DNA from: Escherichia phage vB_EcoM_G9062
Length of the DNA stretch: 64,000 nt
Reading direction: 5' to 3' (one strand)
Sequence record: NC_054920.1
A program made the position numbers and the translations under genes. The first letter of the stretch is position 1. Every line of letters starts with the position of its first letter. The notes beneath the pieces are model-generated. The model made no database searches and was not told the DNA's origin. It worked only from the letters and a program-made list of their open reading frames with translations. Positions 61,085 to 64,000 of this stretch are shown piece after piece.

Positions 61085-62544
61085 AGACCAGTTACCTCAT
61101 GAAAATCACCAAATACATCCTCGAATGTATTAGCTTTAGTTTTATCTTCACGTAAACGAATCGCAATCGGAAGAAATAATTTAACGTAATCAGTGCGGCC
61201 ATCAGATTTTAACCAACCGTTGCATTCGCACTCTAGAATTTTTCCAATATAATAATTTTGGTTTTCCATAATGCGAGTACGGTCAAGTTCATGCGATTTT
61301 ACACCGGCTTTATCTTTTAAGCCTGAACCAGCATTTACTTTAATTTTTCCACACTCTGACTCAAGAATAAATCCACCTGCTTTAGTAGGGTCTTTACGGT
61401 GAGGATAAATTCCTACAATTTTTAAATCAACATCAATTACTTCTTTAAATTTATAGAGATTTTTTGAACGAGCATTTTCCCATAATCCATCGATATTTTT
61501 GAGAATAATACCTTCAAGACCTTGGTCAATATACTTTTTATAAATTACCTTAGCTTCATCTAGGTTATTTACTACCTGGTTTTCAATTAAAATTACTTTA
61601 TCATATCCCGATGTCATTTGTTCTAGTTTAGAAAAACGTACATCATATTTTAAACGAAACGCTGGAAGACCGTATATTTCTACCAACGGGACATAATCCC
61701 AGACCTGAAACTTCATACATTGAGCTTCTTTTTCAGAAATGGTTCCTTTTAAGGATTTATTGGCGATTCCATTAGAAGTAGTACGAGATTCCGCTACTTC
61801 GGCGAATTCTTTGGCTTTACTAATTTCAGGATAAGCATCAAAAAGAAAATCTAGGCCTTCTGGTTCCTTTTTAACTTGCTCATGGTATACCAATTCGCCA
61901 TCAATTAACACACCTTCTGGATGAATCTGGCGGGCTTCAGCAGTCATTTTGATTAACTCTTCCTTAAGAAGATCTAATCCTAGATATTCATTACCAGCTC
62001 GTGATAAAAGACGAACATCATCTAATTCATCGCCTCGGACTTCAGCAAAACACCGAGCTCCATCTGCTTTTAACTGCGCAAAGGCTGGAAACTTGATATT
62101 CTTATTAATGCCTTTTTCATCATAAGAACTTGCAAGCATTTGAGGTTGTTCAGGAATTAAACCTGGCCAAACTTTATTTGCAATAGATACTGAAGCACCG
62201 CATTCAAGGTCTCGCATCATAACTCGACGCAAAACTTCAACATCATCCTTTTTACCATCAGTGATATATCCAGTTAATTCCTCAATTGCAGCATTTCCAG
62301 TCAATTTCCGAGTAGCTAACGTGAATTCAATGAAGTCAAGCATATCGGTAATAGTCAGCATTCCAAAACTCTGGGTAGCAATACCCGGTTTAGGCCATTT
62401 CTTGATATAATACTGTAACCCACGAGAATAAGTCAGACGATATACTCGTTTAAGCAATTCATTATCTTTATTCTTTTCAAGAATTGCTTGCTTCTGCTTA
62501 GTTGAACCAATAGATGCTATTTCGTTCAGAATTTTAAGAATCAT
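61081..62544 (-). CDS. 30: ATP-dependent DNA ligase gp30, 487 aa
   Basis: Adenylation motif KADGARC; 487 aa as T4 DNA ligase. Confidence 0.95.
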   Translation of the reverse strand: MILKILNEIASIGSTKQKQAILEKNKDNELLKRVYRLTYSRGLQYYIKKWPKPGIATQSFGMLTITDMLDFIEFTLATRKLTGNAAIEELTGYITDGKKDDVEVLRRVMMRDLECGASVSIANKVWPGLIPEQPQMLASSYDEKGINKNIKFPAFAQLKADGARCFAEVRGDELDDVRLLSRAGNEYLGLDLLKEELIKMTAEARQIHPEGVLIDGELVYHEQVKKEPEGLDFLFDAYPEISKAKEFAEVAESRTTSNGIANKSLKGTISEKEAQCMKFQVWDYVPLVEIYGLPAFRLKYDVRFSKLEQMTSGYDKVILIENQVVNNLDEAKVIYKKYIDQGLEGIILKNIDGLWENARSKNLYKFKEVIDVDLKIVGIYPHRKDPTKAGGFILESECGKIKVNAGSGLKDKAGVKSHELDRTRIMENQNYYIGKILECECNGWLKSDGRTDYVKLFLPIAIRLREDKTKANTFEDVFGDFHEVTGL

Positions 62545-62810
62545 TGTTCATCCTTTAGAGTTTGGTTTACAGCTCTATTATAAATCAATTCATCATTAAG
62601 CTCAGTCAAAGACCTGTGGTACGTGGTTCTAACTTTATTTCCTTGCATCCAGTGCTTGACGTAAATGAAACCTTGCTCTACACATTTTTTAAAAATTCGT
62701 TCGTCTTTTTGAGCTCGGAATTCTGGATTGCATCTAAAAAATTGATTTACGTGACCGTAATCACGTGTAGTATTACCTTCATTTTCATAAATAGTGTGAA
62801 CAACAAACAT
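62541..62810 (-). CDS. Hypothetical protein, 89 aa
   Basis: ORF; ATGA-type overlap with gene 30. Confidence 0.5.
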   Translation of the reverse strand: MFVVHTIYENEGNTTRDYGHVNQFFRCNPEFRAQKDERIFKKCVEQGFIYVKHWMQGNKVRTTYHRSLTELNDELIYNRAVNQTLKDEQ

Positions 62811-63673
62811 TAGAATGCTCCTTGGAAAATATTATCACCACTAGTAAATCTATTAAAATATCCTGCATCACCAGGCTTAGTATAACTCCACGTATGGAAT
62901 GGATTCATATGATACGGGTGTGTATAATATGGATTATATGGATGTGTATAATATGGATTATACGGATTAAATTCAGGAGTTCTCCAGGTAGTGTTCCAAC
63001 GAAAAGAATCGTTTTTAACCATCTTCTCAATTACATCTTTTATAGCTTTTTCACTATCAAAACTTTCTTTATTTTCCTTCGGTGAAAAAAGCTTATTTTC
63101 TACATCATTCCATGTATAAACTCGCTGCGCAGTTTTTGGAATATTGTCACGCTCTCCTCGAGCCATCCAATAAACAGGAACATTTAATATTTCACTCGCA
63201 TGATCGCAGTGGTGGGCGAGATCGTCAATATAACAAATTACATTATATTTCTCTTTTGCCTTTTTGAATAACTCTTCTTTTGAAGAATCATGACCACACA
63301 TCATTACTTCTGAGAAGGCACCAGGAAAAAGAGCATTCAAATTAAATTGACGATTCAGCAGAGCGTCAATAGAATCACCCAATGCTGTAACAGCTACAAA
63401 ATTATAATCTTCTTTTAATTTGTTAATTACACACAGGGCATCTTTATATGGAGACAAGTAACGAATAAAATCTGAACGATTGTATTTTTCAATTAACTTG
63501 ACGCCAAGTTCTTCATCACAATTAAAGAGTTTACCAGGAGAAATAAATTTCTCATCTTGGATCATTTTTAAAATATGTTCTAACGGAAGATTATATTTCT
63601 GAGCAAAATAAGGAAGGCCTGATTGCCAGCTTAAACATACTCCATCAATATCAGTTAAAATAGTAGGCTTCAT
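62810..63673 (-). CDS. HAD-superfamily-like protein (DxDGV motif) with C-terminal Tyr/Pro/Asn-rich tandem repeat, 287 aa
   Basis: N-terminal LTDIDGV (HAD motif I-like); C-terminal NPYNPYYTHPYNPYYTHPY encoded by a 24-bp tandem repeat. Confidence 0.6.
   Translation of the reverse strand: MKPTILTDIDGVCLSWQSGLPYFAQKYNLPLEHILKMIQDEKFISPGKLFNCDEELGVKLIEKYNRSDFIRYLSPYKDALCVINKLKEDYNFVAVTALGDSIDALLNRQFNLNALFPGAFSEVMMCGHDSSKEELFKKAKEKYNVICYIDDLAHHCDHASEILNVPVYWMARGERDNIPKTAQRVYTWNDVENKLFSPKENKESFDSEKAIKDVIEKMVKNDSFRWNTTWRTPEFNPYNPYYTHPYNPYYTHPYHMNPFHTWSYTKPGDAGYFNRFTSGDNIFQGAF
62919..62966 (-). repeat. 24-bp tandem repeat (2 copies, 1 mismatch) inside the 62810-63673 CDS
   Basis: GTGTATAATATGGATTATATGGAT then GTGTATAATATGGATTATACGGAT on the plus strand; encodes HPYNPYYT x2. 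Confidence 0.85.
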
Positions 63674-63999
63674 AGAGAGTCTCTTAATAGGTTTAACACA
63701 TCAATAAATTCAGCTTCAGTTAGTATTGTATCATCTTTTGTTAGACCACTAGCCATGCTGTGCTTCAAAACTTTTCCTTTCGAGGCTTGTAATGCATCAC
63801 GAAAGCCCTTGTTTTGGATCGCTGCTTCAAAATATGCATTTGTATACAGCTCTTTCCACGCCGGGGAGTATCTTGAAAACGGAACTCCCAGCCAGAAGAG
63901 GGTCCCACGGTCCTGAGCTCTTGCATAAGACCTTCCAGCTTGTTGGGCGGCAAGCCCGGATAACCCAAATATACGACGTTGTTGTTCAGCATTTTTCAC
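63670..63999 (-). CDS. Hypothetical protein, 109 aa listed; first codon is GTG at the window edge, so it may be N-terminally truncated
   Basis: ORF abutting the window end; complement of 63997-63999 is GTG. Confidence 0.4.
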   Translation of the reverse strand: MKNAEQQRRIFGLSGLAAQQAGRSYARAQDRGTLFWLGVPFSRYSPAWKELYTNAYFEAAIQNKGFRDALQASKGKVLKHSMASGLTKDDTILTEAEFIDVLNLLRDSL

Positions 64000-64000
64000 C

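Overview
This window is a contiguous segment of a T4-like (T-even, Tevenvirinae) myovirus genome, with almost no non-coding space. Reading left to right: a partial denV, the e lysozyme and nudE, a run of small accessory genes, a minus-strand cluster of 10 tRNAs, a cassette locus of small capsid-targeted (CTS) proteins, then 57B-57A-1-3-2-4 on the minus strand. The plus-strand late structural module follows (53, 5, 5.1, 5.4, 6-12, wac, 13, an inserted HNH endonuclease gene, 14, 15-20, 67, 68, 21-24). After that come rnlB-hoc-inh (minus), uvsW/uvsW.1 (plus), uvsY-25-26 (minus), 51-27-28-29-48-54 (plus), and two tandem alt-like ADP-ribosyltransferase genes, DNA ligase 30 and 30.x genes (minus). 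Protein identities come from my recollection of T4 protein sequences, lengths and gene order, not from a database search. I see no self-contained novel defence system. The points most worth a second look are: (1) a perfect 55-bp tandem duplication that frameshifts the essential neck gene 14, about 480 bp downstream of (2) a freestanding HNH homing-endonuclease gene inserted between 13 and 14; (3) four CTS-bearing candidate injected proteins in cassettes bounded by repeated hairpin modules and identical terminators; (4) tRNA-Asn and tRNA-Tyr in addition to the set I recall for T4; (5) tandem divergent alt paralogs; (6) a Hoc enlarged by a tandem Ig-domain duplication.
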